Source of the DNA: Eledone cirrhosa
Taxonomy: Eukaryota
NCBI GenBank assembly: GCA_964016885.1
Contig: OZ024740.1
Span: forward strand, 255,688,001 to 255,752,000
DNA length: 64,000 bases
Direction: 5' to 3'
Part shown: positions 1 to 18,409 of the stretch, one piece after another
Numbering within the stretch: position 1 is the first letter of the stretch
Layout: the number at the start of each line of letters is the position of its first letter
Program-made: the position numbers and the translations under genes
The notes under the pieces: generated by a model
Databases searched by the model: none
What the model saw: only the letters and a program-made list of their open reading frames with translations
Told to the model about the DNA's origin: nothing

Positions 1-1790
1 CATACATTAACACATGGACATAGATATACACTGACACATTGACATAGACATACATTAACACGTGTACATAGATATACATTAACACATAGACATAGATATA
101 CATTAACACATGGACATAGACATACATTAACATATAGACATACATATACATTAACACATGTACATAGATATGCATTAACACATAGACATAGATATACATT
201 AATACATGGAGATAGATATACATGAACACATAGACATACATATACATTAACACATGTACATAGATATACATTAACACATGGACATAGACATACATTAACA
301 CATGGACATAGACATATATTTACACATGGACATAGACATACATTAACACATGGAGATAGATATACATGAACACATAGACATACATATACATTAACACATG
401 TACATAGATATACATTAACACATAGACATAGATATACATTAACACATAGACATATATATACATTAACACATGTACATAGATATACATTAAAACATGGACA
501 TAGACATACATTAACACATGGACATAGACATACATTAACACATGGACACAGACATACATTAACACATGGACATAGACATACATTAACACATGGACACAGA
601 CATACATTAACACATAGACATAGACATACATTAACACATGGAGATAGATATACATGAACACATGGACATAGATATACATTAACACATGTACATAGATATA
701 CATTAACACTTGGACATAGACATACATTAACACATGGAGATAGATATACATGAACACATAGACATACATATACATTAACACACAGACATAGACATACATT
801 AACACATGGACATAGACATACATTAACACATGGACACAGACATACATTAACACATGGACATAGACATACATTAACACATGGACACAGACATACATTAACA
901 CATAGACATAGACATATATTAAGACATGTACATAGACATATATTAACACATGTACATAGACATACATTAACACATGGACATAGACACACATTAACACATG
1001 GACATAGATATACATTAACACATGGACACAGACATACATTGACACATGGACATAGATATACATTAACACATGTACATAGACATACATTAACACATGGACA
1101 TAGACATACATTAACACATGTACATAGACATACATTAATACATGGACGTAGAGATACATTAACACATGGACACAGACATACATTAACACATGGACATTGA
1201 CATACATTAACACATGGACATATATATACATTAACACATGGACATACACATACATTAACACATGGATATAGACATACATTAACACATGGAAAAAGACATA
1301 CATTAACACATGGACATAGACATACATTAACACATGGACATAGACATACATTAACACATGGACATAGACATAGATTAACACATGGACACAGACATACATT
1401 AACACATGGACACAGACATACATTAACAAATGGACATAGACATACATTAACACATGGACACAGTCATACACTAACACATAGACATTGACATACATTAACA
1501 CATGTACATAGATATACATTAACACATAGACATAGATATACATTAACACATGGACATAGACATACATTAACACATGGACATAGACATAGATTAACACATG
1601 GACACAGACATACATTAACGCATGGACACAGACATACATTAAAAAATGGACATAGACATTCATTAACACATGGACCCAGTCATACACTAACACATAGACA
1701 TTGACATACATTAACACATGTACATAGATATACATTAACACATAGACATAGACATACATTAACACATGGACATAGAGATACATTAACACA
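1..1790. repeat. Higher-order block, copy of ~14588-16375 (offset 14587); related copy from ~26056
   Basis: Same ordered rare variants: ATATTTACAC (~316/14903/26371), AAGACATGTAC (921/15508), GGAAAAAGAC (~1288/15875), AACGCATGG (~1617/16204), AAAAAATGGACATAGACATTCATT (1641/16228). Confidence 0.88.
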
Positions 1791-4700
1791 TGTACATAGA
1801 CATACATTAACACATGGACACAGACATACATTAACACATGGATACAGTCATACACTAACACATGGACATAGACATACATTAAAACATGGACACAGACATA
1901 CATTAACACATGTACATAGACACACATTAACACATGGACATAGATATACATTAACACATGGACACATACATACATTAACACATGGACATAGATATACATT
2001 AACACATGTACAGAGATATACATTAACACATGGACATAGAGATACATTAACAGATTGACAGAGATATATATTAACACATGGACATACATATACATTAACA
2101 CATGGACATAGACATACATTAACACATGGACATAGATATACATTAACACATGTACATAGACATACATTAACACATGGACATAGAGATACATTAACACATG
2201 GACATAGACATACATTAATACATGTAGATAGACATACATTAACACATGTACATAGACATGCATTAACACATGGACATAGATATACATTAACACATGGACA
2301 TAGACATACATTAACACATGGACATAGACATACATTAACACATGTACATAGACATACATTAACACATGGACACAGACATACGTTAACACATGGACATAGA
2401 CATACATTAACACATGGACATAGAAATACATTAACACATGGACATAGACATACATTAACACATGGACATAGAGATACATCAATACATGGACATAGAAATA
2501 CATTAATACATGTAGATAGACATACATTAACACATGTACATAGACATGCATTAACACATGGACATAGATATACATTAACACATGGACATAGACATACATT
2601 AACACATGTACATAGACATACATTAACACATGGACATAGATATACACTGACACATTGACATAGACATACATTAACACATGTACATAGATATACATTAACA
2701 CATATACATAGATATACATTAACACATGGACATAGACATACATTAACACATGGAGACAGATATACATGAACACATAGACATACATATACATTAACACATG
2801 TACATAGATATACATTAACACATAGACATAGATATACATTAACACATGGACATACACATACATTAACACATGTACATAGATATACATTAACACATGGGCA
2901 TAGACATACATTAACACATGGACATAGACATACATTAACACATGGACATAGACATACATTAACACATGGAGATAGATATACATGAACACGTAGACATACA
3001 TATACATTAACACATGTACATAGATATACATTAAAACATGGACATAGACATACATTAACACATGGACATAGACATATATTAACACATGTACATAGATATA
3101 CATTAACACATGTACATAGACATACATTAACACATGGACATAGACATACATTAACACATGGAGATAGATATACGTGAACACATAGACATACATATACATT
3201 AACACATAGACATAGACATACATTAACACTTGGACATAGACATACATTAACACATGGACACAGACATACATTAACACATGGACAGAGATATACATTAACA
3301 CATGAACATAGGGATACATTAACAGATGGACAGAGATATACATTAACACATGGACATACATATATATTAACACATGGACATAGACATACATTAACACATG
3401 GACATAGATATACATTAACACATGGACATAAGATACATTAACACATGGATATAGACATACATTAACACATGGACATAGACATACATTAACACATGGACAT
3501 AGACATACATTAACACATGGACATAGATATACATTAAAACATGGACATAGACATACATTAACACATGGACATAGATATACATTAACACATGGACAGAGAT
3601 ATACATTAACACATGGACATAGAGATACATTAACAGATGGACAGAGATATACATTAACACATGGACATACATATACATTAACACATGGACATAGACATAC
3701 ATTAACACATGGACATAGATATACATTAACACATGTACATAGACATACATTAACACATGGACATAGAGATACATTAACACATGGACATAGACATACATTA
3801 ATACATGTAGATAGACATACATTAACACATGTACATAGACATGCATTAACACATGAACATAGACATACATTAACATATGTACATAGACATACATTAACAC
3901 ATGGACACAGACATACATTAACACATGGACATAGACATACATTAACACATAGACATACATATACATTAACCCCTGTACATAGATATAAATTAACACATAG
4001 ACATAAATATACATTAACACATGGACATAGACATACATTAACACATGGAGATAGATATACATGAACACATAGACATACATATACATTAACACATGTACAT
4101 AGATATACATTAACACATGGACATAGACATAAATTAACACATGGACATAGACATACATTTACACATGGACATAGACATACATTAACACATGGAGATAGAT
4201 ATACATGAACACATAGACATACATATACATTAACACATGTACATAGATATACATTAACACATAGACATAGATATACATTAACACATAGACATATATATAC
4301 ATTAACACATGTACATAGATATACATTAAAACATGGACATAGACATACATTAACACATGTACATAGACATACATTAACACATGGACATAGACATACATTA
4401 ACAAATGGAGATAGATATACATGAACACATAGACATACATATACATTAACACACAGACATAGACATACATTAACACATGGACATAGACATACATTAACAC
4501 ATGGACACAGACATACATTAACACATGGACATAGACATACATTAACACATGGACACAGACATACATTAACACATAAACATAGACATACATTAACACATGT
4601 ACATAGACATATATTAACACATGTACATAGACATACATTAACACATGGACATAGACACACATTAACACATGGACATAGATATACATTAACACATGGACAC

Positions 4701-5253
4701 AGACATACATTGACACATGGACATAGATATACATTAACACATGTACATAGACATACATTAACACATGTACATAGACATACATTAATACACGGACGTAGAG
4801 ATACATTAACACATGGACACAGACATACATTAACACATGGACATAGATATACATTAACACATGGACATAGACATACATTAACACATGGACATAGACATAC
4901 ATTAACACATGTACATAGACATACATTAACACATGGACACAGACATACATTAACACATGGACATAGACATACATTAACACATGGACATAGAAATACATTA
5001 ACACATGGACATAGACATACATTAAGACATGGACATAGAGATACATTAATACATGGACATAGACATACATTAATACATGTAGATAGACATACATTAACAC
5101 ATATACATAGACATGCATTAACACATGGACATAGATATACATTAACACATGGACATAGACATACATTAACACATGTACATAGACATACATTAACACATGG
5201 ACATAGATATACACTGACACATTGACATAGACATACATTAACACGTGTACATA
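1785..5253. repeat. Higher-order block (~3.5 kb), first copy; second copy ~8190-11658 (offset 6405)
   Basis: ORF translations 3415-4158 and 9820-10563 are identical, as are 4710-5225 and 11115-11630. Shared rare variants include CAGATTGACAGAG, CATCAATAC, GAACATAGGGATAC and the 23-bp monomer CATAAGATA. Confidence 0.92.
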
Positions 5254-8189
5254 TACATACATTAACACATGGACACGGACATACATTAACACATGAACAT
5301 AGACATACATTAAGACATGGACATAGACATACATTAACACATGTACATAGACATACATTAACACATGGACATAGACACACATTAACACATGTACATAGAC
5401 ATACATTAACACATGGACACAGACATACATTAACACATGGACATAGACACACATTAACACATGGACATAGATATACATTAACACATGGACACAGACATAC
5501 ATTAACACATGGACATAGATATACAATAACACATGTACATAGACATACATTAACACATGGACATAGACATATATTAACACATGGACATAGACATACATTA
5601 ACACATGTACATAGACATACAATAACACATGGACATAGACATACATTAACATATGTACATAGACAAACATTAACACATGGACACATCATACATTAACACA
5701 TGGACATTGACATACATTAACACATGGATATAGATATACATTAACACATGGACATACATATACATTAACACATGGACATAGACATACATTCACACATGGA
5801 CACAGACATACATTAACACACGGACATAGACATACATTAACACATGGACATATACATACATTAACACATGGACATAGACATACATTAATACATGGACATA
5901 GACATAGATTAACACATGGACACAGACATACATTAACACATGGACACAGACATACATTAACAAATGGACATAGACATACATTAACACATGGACATATGCA
6001 TACATTAACACATGGACACGGAATACATTAACACATGGACATAGACATACATTAACACATGGACATAGACATACATTAACACATGTACATAGATATACGT
6101 TAACACATGTACATAGAGATACATTAACACGCGGACATAGACATACATTAACACATGTACATAGATATACATTAACACATGTACATAGACATACATTAAC
6201 ACATGTACATAGACATACATTAACACATGGACACAGACATACATTAGCACATGGACACAGACATACATTAACACATGTACATAGATATACATTAACACAT
6301 GGATATAGACATACATTAACAGATGTACATAGACATACATTAACACATGGACACAGTCATACATTAACACATGGGTATAGACATACATTAACACATGTAC
6401 ATAGACATACATTAACACATGGACATAGATATACATTAACACATGGACATACATATACATTAACACATGGACATTGACATACATTAACACATGGAAACAG
6501 ACATACATTAACACATGGACATAGACATACATTAACACATGGACATAGACATACATTAATACATGGACATAGACATAGATTAACACATGGACACAGACAT
6601 ACATTAACACATGGACACAGACATACATTAACAAATGGACATAGACATACATTAACACATGGACATATACATACATTAACACATGGACACGGACATACAT
6701 TAACACATGAACATAGACATACATTAAGACATGGACATAGACATACATTAACACATGTACATAGACATACATTAACACATGGACATAGACACACATTATC
6801 ACATGTACATAGACATACATTAACACATGGACACAGACATACATTAACACATGGACATAGACACACATTAACACATGGACATAGATATACATTAACACAT
6901 GGACACAGACATACATTAACACATGGACATAGATATACAATAACACATGTACATAGACATACATTAACACATGGACATAGACATATATTAACACATGGAC
7001 ATAGACATACATTAACACATGGACATAGACATACATTAACACATGGACACAGACATACATTAACACATGGACATAGACATACATTAACACATGGACATAG
7101 ACATACATTAACACATGGACATAGACATACATTAACACATGGACACAGACATACGTTAACACATGGACATAGATATACATTAACACATGGACATAGACAT
7201 ACATTAACACATGTACATAGACATACATTAACACATGTACATAGAGATACATTAACACGTGGACATAGACATACATTAACACATGTACATAGATATACAT
7301 TAACACATGTACATAGACATATATTAACACATGTACATAGACATAAAATAACACATGTACATAGACATACATTAACACATGGACACAGACATACATTAAC
7401 ACATGGACACAGACATACATAAACACATGTACATAGACATACATTAACACATGGATATAGATATACATTAACACATGGACATACATATGCATTAACACAT
7501 GGACATAGACATACATTAACACATGGACACAGACATACATTAACACACGGACATAGACATACATTAACACATGGACATAGACATACATTAACACATGGAC
7601 ACAGACATACATTAACACATGGACACAGACATACATTAACACATGTACATAGACATACATAAACACATGTACATAGAGATACATTAACACATGGACATTG
7701 ACATACATTAACACATGTACATAGACATACATTGACACATGGACATAGAGATACATTACCACATGGACACAGACATACATTAACACATGGACATTGACAT
7801 ACATTAACACATGGACATAGATATACATTAACACATGGACATACATATACATTACCACATGGACACAGACATACATTAACACATGGACATTGACATACAT
7901 TAACACATGGACATAGATATGCATTAACACATGGACATACATATACATTAACACATGGACATAGACATACATTAACACATGGACACAGACATACATTAAC
8001 ACATGGACATAGACATACATTAACACATGTACATAGACATACATTAACACATGGACATAGACATAGATTAACACATGGACACAGACATACATTAACGCAT
8101 GGACACAGACATACATTAACACATGTACATAGAGATACATTAACACATGTACATAGTCATATATTAACACATGTACATAGACATGAATT

Positions 8190-11100
8190 AACACATGTAC
8201 ATAGACATACATTAACACATGGACACAGACATACATTAACACATGGACACAGTCATACACTAACACATGGACATAGACATACATTAAAACATGGACACAG
8301 ACATACATTAACACATGTACATAGACACACATTAACACATGGACATAGATATACATTAACACATGGACACATACATACATTAACACATGGACATAGATAT
8401 ACATTAACACATGTACAGAGATATACATTAACACATGGACATAGAGATACATTAACAGATTGACAGAGATATATATTAACACATGGACATACATATACAT
8501 TAACACATGGACATAGACATACATTAACACATGGACATAGATATACATTAACACATGTACATAGACATACATTAACACATGGACATAGAGATACATTAAC
8601 ACATGGACATAGACATACATTAATACATGTAGATAGACATACATTAACACATGTACATAGACATGCATTAACACATGGACATAGATATACATTAACACAT
8701 GGACATAGACATACATTAACACATGGACATAGACATACATTAACACATGTACATAGACATACATTAACACATGGACACAGACATACGTTAACACATGGAC
8801 ATAGACATACATTAACACATGGACATAGAAATACATTAACACATGGACATAGACATACATTAACACATGGACATAGAGATACATCAATACATGGACATAG
8901 AAATACATTAATACATGTAGATAGACATACATTAACACATGTACATAGACATGCATTAACACATGGACATAGATATACATTAACACATGGACATAGACAT
9001 ACATTAACACATGTACATAGACATACATTAACACATGGACATAGATATACACTGACACATTGACATAGACATACATTAACACATGTACATAGATATACAT
9101 TAACACATATACATAGATATACATTAACACATGGACATAGACATACATTAACACATGTAGACAGATATACATGAACACATAGACATACATATACATTAAC
9201 ACATGTACATAGATATACATTAACACATAGACATAGATATACATTAACACATGGACATACACATACATTAACACATGTACATAGATATACATTAACACAT
9301 GGGCATAGACATACATTAACACATGGACATAGACATACATTAACACATGGACATAGACATACATTAACACATGGAGATAGATATACATGAACACGTAGAC
9401 ATACATATACATTAACACATGTACATAGATATACATTAAAACATGGACATAGACATACATTAACACATGGACATAGACATATATTAACACATGTACATAG
9501 ATATACATTAACACATGTACATAGACATACATTAACACATGGACATAGACATACATTAACACATGGAGATAGATATACGTGAACACATAGACATACATAT
9601 ACATTAACACATAGACATAGACATACATTAACACTTGGACATAGACATACATTAACACATGGACACAGACATACATTAACACATGGACAGAGATATACAT
9701 TAACACATGAACATAGGGATACATTAACAGATGGACAGAGATATACATTAACACATGGACATACATATATATTAACACATGGACATAGACATACATTAAC
9801 ACATGGACATAGATATACATTAACACATGGACATAAGATACATTAACACATGGATATAGACATACATTAACACATGGACATAGACATACATTAACACATG
9901 GACATAGACATACATTAACACATGGACATAGATATACATTAAAACATGGACATAGACATACATTAACACATGGACATAGATATACATTAACACATGGACA
10001 GAGATATACATTAACACATGGACATAGAGATACATTAACAGATGGACAGAGATATACATTAACACATGGACATACATATACATTAACACATGGACATAGA
10101 CATACATTAACACATGGACATAGATATACATTAACACATGTACATAGACATACATTAACACATGGACATAGAGATACATTAACACATGGACATAGACATA
10201 CATTAATACATGTAGATAGACATACATTAACACATGTACATAGACATGCATTAACACATGAACATAGACATACATTAACATATGTACATAGACATACATT
10301 AACACATGGACACAGACATACATTAACACATGGACATAGACATACATTAACACATAGACATACATATACATTAACCCCTGTACATAGATATAAATTAACA
10401 CATAGACATAAATATACATTAACACATGGACATAGACATACATTAACACATGGAGATAGATATACATGAACACATAGACATACATATACATTAACACATG
10501 TACATAGATATACATTAACACATGGACATAGACATAAATTAACACATGGACATAGACATACATTTACACATGGACATAGACATACATTAACACATGGAGA
10601 TAGATATACATGAACACATAGACATACATATACATTAACACATGTACATAGATATACATTAACACATAGACATAGATATACATTAACACATAGACATATA
10701 TATACATTAACACATGTACATAGATATACATTAAAACATGGACATAGACATACATTAACACATGTACATAGACATACATTAACACATGGACATAGACATA
10801 CATTAACAAATGGAGATAGATATACATGAACACATAGACATACATATACATTAACACACAGACATAGACATACATTAACACATGGACATAGACATACATT
10901 AACACATGGACACAGACATACATTAACACATGGACATAGACATACATTAACACATGGACACAGACATACATTAACACATAAACATAGACATACATTAACA
11001 CATGTACATAGACATATATTAACACATGTACATAGACATACATTAACACATGGACATAGACACACATTAACACATGGACATAGATATACATTAACACATG

Positions 11101-11658
11101 GACACAGACATACATTGACACATGGACATAGATATACATTAACACATGTACATAGACATACATTAACACATGTACATAGACATACATTAATACACGGACG
11201 TAGAGATACATTAACACATGGACACAGACATACATTAACACATGGACATAGATATACATTAACACATGGACATAGACATACATTAACACATGGACATAGA
11301 CATACATTAACACATGTACATAGACATACATTAACACATGGACACAGACATACATTAACACATGGACATAGACATACATTAACACATGGACATAGAAATA
11401 CATTAACACATGGACATAGACATACATTAAGACATGGACATAGAGATACATTAATACATGGACATAGACATACATTAATACATGTAGATAGACATACATT
11501 AACACATATACATAGACATGCATTAACACATGGACATAGATATACATTAACACATGGACATAGACATACATTAACACATGTACATAGACATACATTAACA
11601 CATGGACATAGATATACACTGACACATTGACATAGACATACATTAACACGTGTACATA
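8190..11658. repeat. Higher-order block (~3.5 kb), second copy of 1785-5253
   Basis: Offset 6405 = 267 x 24 - 3, matching three intervening 1-bp deletions (~3430, ~5686, ~6021). I noticed only isolated differences (1851 GATACAG vs 8256 GACACAG; 2751 TGGAGAC vs 9156 TGTAGAC). Confidence 0.92.
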
Positions 11659-14600
11659 GATATACATTAACACATGGACATAGACATACATTAACATATA
11701 GACATACATATACATTAACACATGTACATAGATATGCATTAACACATAGACATAGATATACATTAATACATGGACATAGACATACATTAACACATGTACA
11801 TAGATATATACTAACACATGGACATAGACATACATTAACACATGTACATAGATATACGTTAACACATAGACATACGTATACATTAACACATGTACGTAGA
11901 TATAAATTAACACATATGACATAAATATACATTAACACATGGATATAGACATACATTAACACATGGAGATAGATATACATAAACACATAGACATACATAT
12001 ACATTAACACATGTACATAGATATACATTAACACATAGACATAGATATACATTAACACATGGACATAGACATACATTAACACATGTACATAGATATACAT
12101 TAACACATGGACATAGACATACATTAACACATTGACATAGACATACATTAACACATGGACATAGACATACATTAACACATGGAGATAGATATACATGAAC
12201 ACATAGACATACATATACATTAACACATGTACATAGATATACATTAACACATAGACATAGATATACATTAACACATAGACATATATATACATTAACACAT
12301 GTACATAGATATACATTAAAACATGGACATAGACATACATTAACACATGGACATAGACATACATTAACACATGGACATAGATATACATTAACACATGTAC
12401 ATAGACATACATTAACACATGGACATAGACATACATTAACACATGGAGATAGATATACGTGAACACATAGACATACATATACATTAACACATAGACATAG
12501 ACATACATTAACACTTGGACATAGACATACATTAACACATGGACACAGACATACATTAACACATGGACATAGACATACATTAACACATGGACACAGACAT
12601 AGATTAACACATGGACAGAGATATACATTAACACATGGACATAGAGATACATTAACAGATGGACAGAGATATACATTAACACATGGACATACATATACAT
12701 TCACACATGGACATAGACATACATTAACACATGGACATAGATATACATTAACACATTGACATAAGATACATTAACACATGGATATAGACATACATTGACA
12801 CATGGACATAGACATACATTAACACATGGACATAGACATACATTAACACATGGACATAGATATACATTAACACATGGACATAGACATACATTAACACATG
12901 GACATAGATATACATTAACACATGGACAGAGATATACATTAACACATGGACATAGAGATACATTAACAGATGGACAGAGATATACATTAACACATGGACA
13001 TACATATACATTAACACATGGACATAGACATACATTAACACATGGACATAGATATACATTAACACATGTACATAGACATACATTAACACATGGATATAGA
13101 GATACATTAACACATGGACATAGACATACATTAATACATGTAGATAGACGTACATTAATACATGTAGATAGACATACATTAACACATGTACATAGACATG
13201 CATTAACACATGGACATAGATATACATTAACACATGGACATAGACATACATTAACACATGAACATAGACATACATTAATACATGTACATAGACATACATT
13301 AACACATGGACATAGATATACACTGACACATTGACATAGACATACATTAACACATGCACATAGATATACATTAACACATAGACATAGATATACATTAACA
13401 CATGGACATAGACATACATTAACACATGTACATAGACATACATTAACACATAGACATACATATACATTAACACATGTACATAGATATGCATTAACACATA
13501 GACATAGATATACATTAATACATGGACATAGACATACATTAACACATGTACATAGATATATATTAACACATGGACATAGACATACATTAACACATGTACA
13601 TAGATATACATTAACACATAGACATACATATACATTAACCCCTGTACATAGATATAAATTAACACATAGACATAAATATAGATTAACACATGGACATAGA
13701 CATACATTAACACATGGAGATAGATATACATGAACACATAGACATACATATACATTAACACATGGACATAGATATAATTAACACATGTACATAGACATAC
13801 ATTAACACATGGACATAGACATACATTAACAAATGGAGATAGATATACATGAACACATAGATATACATATACATTAACACACAGACATAGACATACATTA
13901 ACACATGGACATAGACATACATTAACACATGGACACAGACATACATTAACACATGGACATAGACATACATTAACACATGGACACAGACATACATTAACAC
14001 ATAAACATAGACATACATTAACACATGTACATAGACATATGTTAACACATGTACATAGACATACATTAACACATGGACATAGACACACATTAACACATGG
14101 ACATAGATATACATTAACACATGGACACAGACATACATTGACACATGGACATAGATATACATTAACACATGTACATAGACATACATTAACACATGGACAT
14201 AGACATACATTAACACATGTACATAGACATACATTAATACATGGACGTAGAGATACATTAACACATGGACACAGACATACATTAACACATGGACATAGAT
14301 ATACATTAACACATGGACATAGACATACATTAACACATGTACATAGACATACATTAACACATGGACACAGACATTCATTAACACATGGACATAGACATAC
14401 ATTAACACATGGACATAGAAATACATTAACACATGGACATAGACATACATTAACACATGGACATAGAGATACATTAATACATGGACATAGACATACATTA
14501 ATACATGTAGATAGACATACATTAACACATATACATAGACATGCATTAACACATGGACATAGACATACATTAACACATGTACATAGACATACATTAACAC

Positions 14601-16540
14601 ATGGACATAGATATACACTGACACATTGACATAGACATACATTAACACGTGTACATAGATATACATTAACACATAGACATAGATATACATTAACACATGG
14701 ACATAGACATACATTAACATATAGACATACATATACATTAACACATGTACATAGATATGCATTAACACATAGACATAGATATACATTAATACATGGAGAT
14801 AGATATACATGAACACATAGACATACATATACATTAACACATGTACATAGATATACATTAACACATGGACATAGACATACATTAACACATGGACATAGAC
14901 ATATATTTACACATGGACATAGACATACATTAACACATGGAGATAGATATACATGAACACATAGACATACATATACATTAACACATGTACATAGATATAC
15001 ATTAACACATAGACATAGATATACATTAACACATAGACATATATATACATTAACACATGTACATAGATATACATTAAAACATGGACATAGACATACATTA
15101 ACACATGGACATAGACATACATTAACACATGGACACAGACATACATTAACACATGGACATAGACATACATTAACACATGGACACAGACATACATTAACAC
15201 ATAGACATAGACATACATTAACACATGGAGATAGATATACATGAACACATGGACATAGATATACATTAACACATGTACATAGACATACATTAACACTTGG
15301 ACATAGACATACATTAACACATGGAGATAGATATACATGAACACATAGACATACATATACATTAACACACAGACATAGACATACATTAACACATGGACAT
15401 AGACATACATTAACACATGGACACAGACATACATTAACACATGGACATAGACATACATTAACACATGGACACAGACATACATTAACACATAGACATAGAC
15501 ATATATTAAGACATGTACATAGACATATATTAACACATGTACATAGACATACATTAACACATGGACATAGACACACATTAACACATGGACATAGATATAC
15601 ATTAACACATGGACACAGACATACATTGACACATGGACATAGATATACATTAACACATGTACATAGACATACATTAACACATGGACATAGACATACATTA
15701 ACACATGTACATAGACATACATTAATACATGGACGTAGAGATACATTAACACATGGACACAGACATACATTAACACATGGACATTGACATACATTAACAC
15801 ATGGACATATATATACATTAACACATGGACATACACATACATTAACACATGGATATAGACATACATTAACACATGGAAAAAGACATACATTAACACATGG
15901 ACATAGACATACATTAACACATGGACATAGACATACATTAACACATGGACATAGACATAGATTAACACATGGACACAGACATACATTAACACATGGACAC
16001 AGACATACATTAACAAATGGACATAGACATACATTAACACATGGACACAGTCATACACTAACACATAGACATTGACATACATTAACACATGTACATAGAT
16101 ATACATTAACACATAGACATAGATATACATTAACACATGGACATAGACATACATTAACACATGGACATAGACATAGATTAACACATGGACACAGACATAC
16201 ATTAACGCATGGACACAGACATACATTAAAAAATGGACATAGACATTCATTAACACATGGACACAGTCATACACTAACACATAGACATTGACATACATTA
16301 ACACATGTACATAGATATACATTAACACATAGACATAGACATACATTAACACATGGACATAGAGATACATTAACACATGGACATAGACATACATTAATAC
16401 ACGTAGATAGACATACATTAACACATGTACATAGACATGCATTAACACATGGACATAGACATACATTAACATATGTACATAGACATACATTAACACATGG
16501 ACACAGACATACATTAACACATGGACATAGACATACATTA
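11560..16540. repeat. Higher-order block (~5 kb) repeated at ~23030-28050 (offset ~11467-11516)
   Basis: ORF landmarks 12748/24215 and 12795/24262 are offset by 11467, and 14907/26375 by 11468. Both copies carry the +1 monomer TATGACATAAAT, the -1 monomer TTGACATAAGAT, GACATTCATT and TACACGTAGATAG. They differ by a few whole monomers. Confidence 0.82.
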
Positions 16541-18409
16541 ACACATGGACATTGACATACGTTAACACATGGATATAGATATACATTAACACATGGACAT
16601 ACATATACATTAACACATGGACATAGACATACATTAACACATGGACATAGATATACACTAACACATTAACATAGACATACATTAACACATGTACATAGAT
16701 ATACATTAACACATAGACATAGATATACATTAACACATGAACATAGACATACATTAACACATGTACATAGACATACATTAACACATGGACATAGATATAC
16801 ACTGACACATTGACATAGACATACATTAACACATGTACATAGATATACATTAACACATAGACATAGATATACATTAACACATGGACATAGACATACATTA
16901 ACACATGTACATAGACATACATTAACACATAGACATACATATACATTAACACATGTACATAGATATGCATTAACACATAGACATAGATATACATTAATAC
17001 ATGGACATAGACATACATTAACACATGTACATAGATATATATTAACACATGGACATAGACATACATTAACACATGTACATAGATATACATTAACACATAG
17101 ATATACATATACATTAACCCCTGTACATAGATATAAATTAACACATAGACATAAATATACATTAACACATGGACATAGACATACATTAACACATGGAGAT
17201 AAATATACATGAACACATAGACATACATATACATTAACACATGTACATAGATATACATTAACACATGGACACAGACATACATTAACACATGGACATAGAT
17301 ATACATTAACACATGGACATAGACATACATTAACACATGGACAGAGAGATACATTCCCACATGGACACAGACATACATTAACACATGGACATTGACATAC
17401 ATTAACACATGGACATAGATATACATTAACACATGGACATTGACATACATTAACACATGGACACAGACATACATTAACACATGGACATAGACATACATTA
17501 ACACATGGAAACAGACATACATTAACACATGGACATAGACATACGTTAACACATGGACATAGACATACATTAACACATGGACATAGACATAGATTAACAC
17601 ATGGACACAGACATACATTAACACATGGACACAGACATACATTAACAAATGGACATAGACATACATTAACACATGGACACAGTCATACACTAACACATAG
17701 ACATTGACATACATTAACACATGTACATAGATATACATTAACACATAGACATAGATATACATTAACACATGGACATAGACATACATTAACACATGTACAT
17801 AGACATACATTAACAAATGTACATAGAGATACATTAATACATGGACATAGACATACATTAACACATGTACGTAGACATACATTAACACATGTACATAGAC
17901 ATATATTAACACATGTACATAGATATAATTTAACACATGCACATAGACATACATTAACACATGGACACAGACATACATTAACACATGGACACAGACATAC
18001 ATTAACCCATGGACATAGACATACATTAACAGATGTACATAGACATACATTAACACATGGACACAGTCATACACTAACACATGGACATTGACATACGTTA
18101 ACACATGGATATAGATATACATTAACACATGGACATACATATACATTAACACATGGACATAGACATACATCAACACATGGACATAGATATACACTAACAC
18201 ATTAACATAGACATACATTAACACATGTACATAGATATACATTAACACATAGACATAGATATACATTAACACATGAACATAGACATACATTAACACATGT
18301 ACATAGACATACATTAACACATGGACATAGATATACACTGACACATTGACATAGACATACATTAACACATGTACATAGATATACATTAACACATAGACAT
18401 AGATATACA

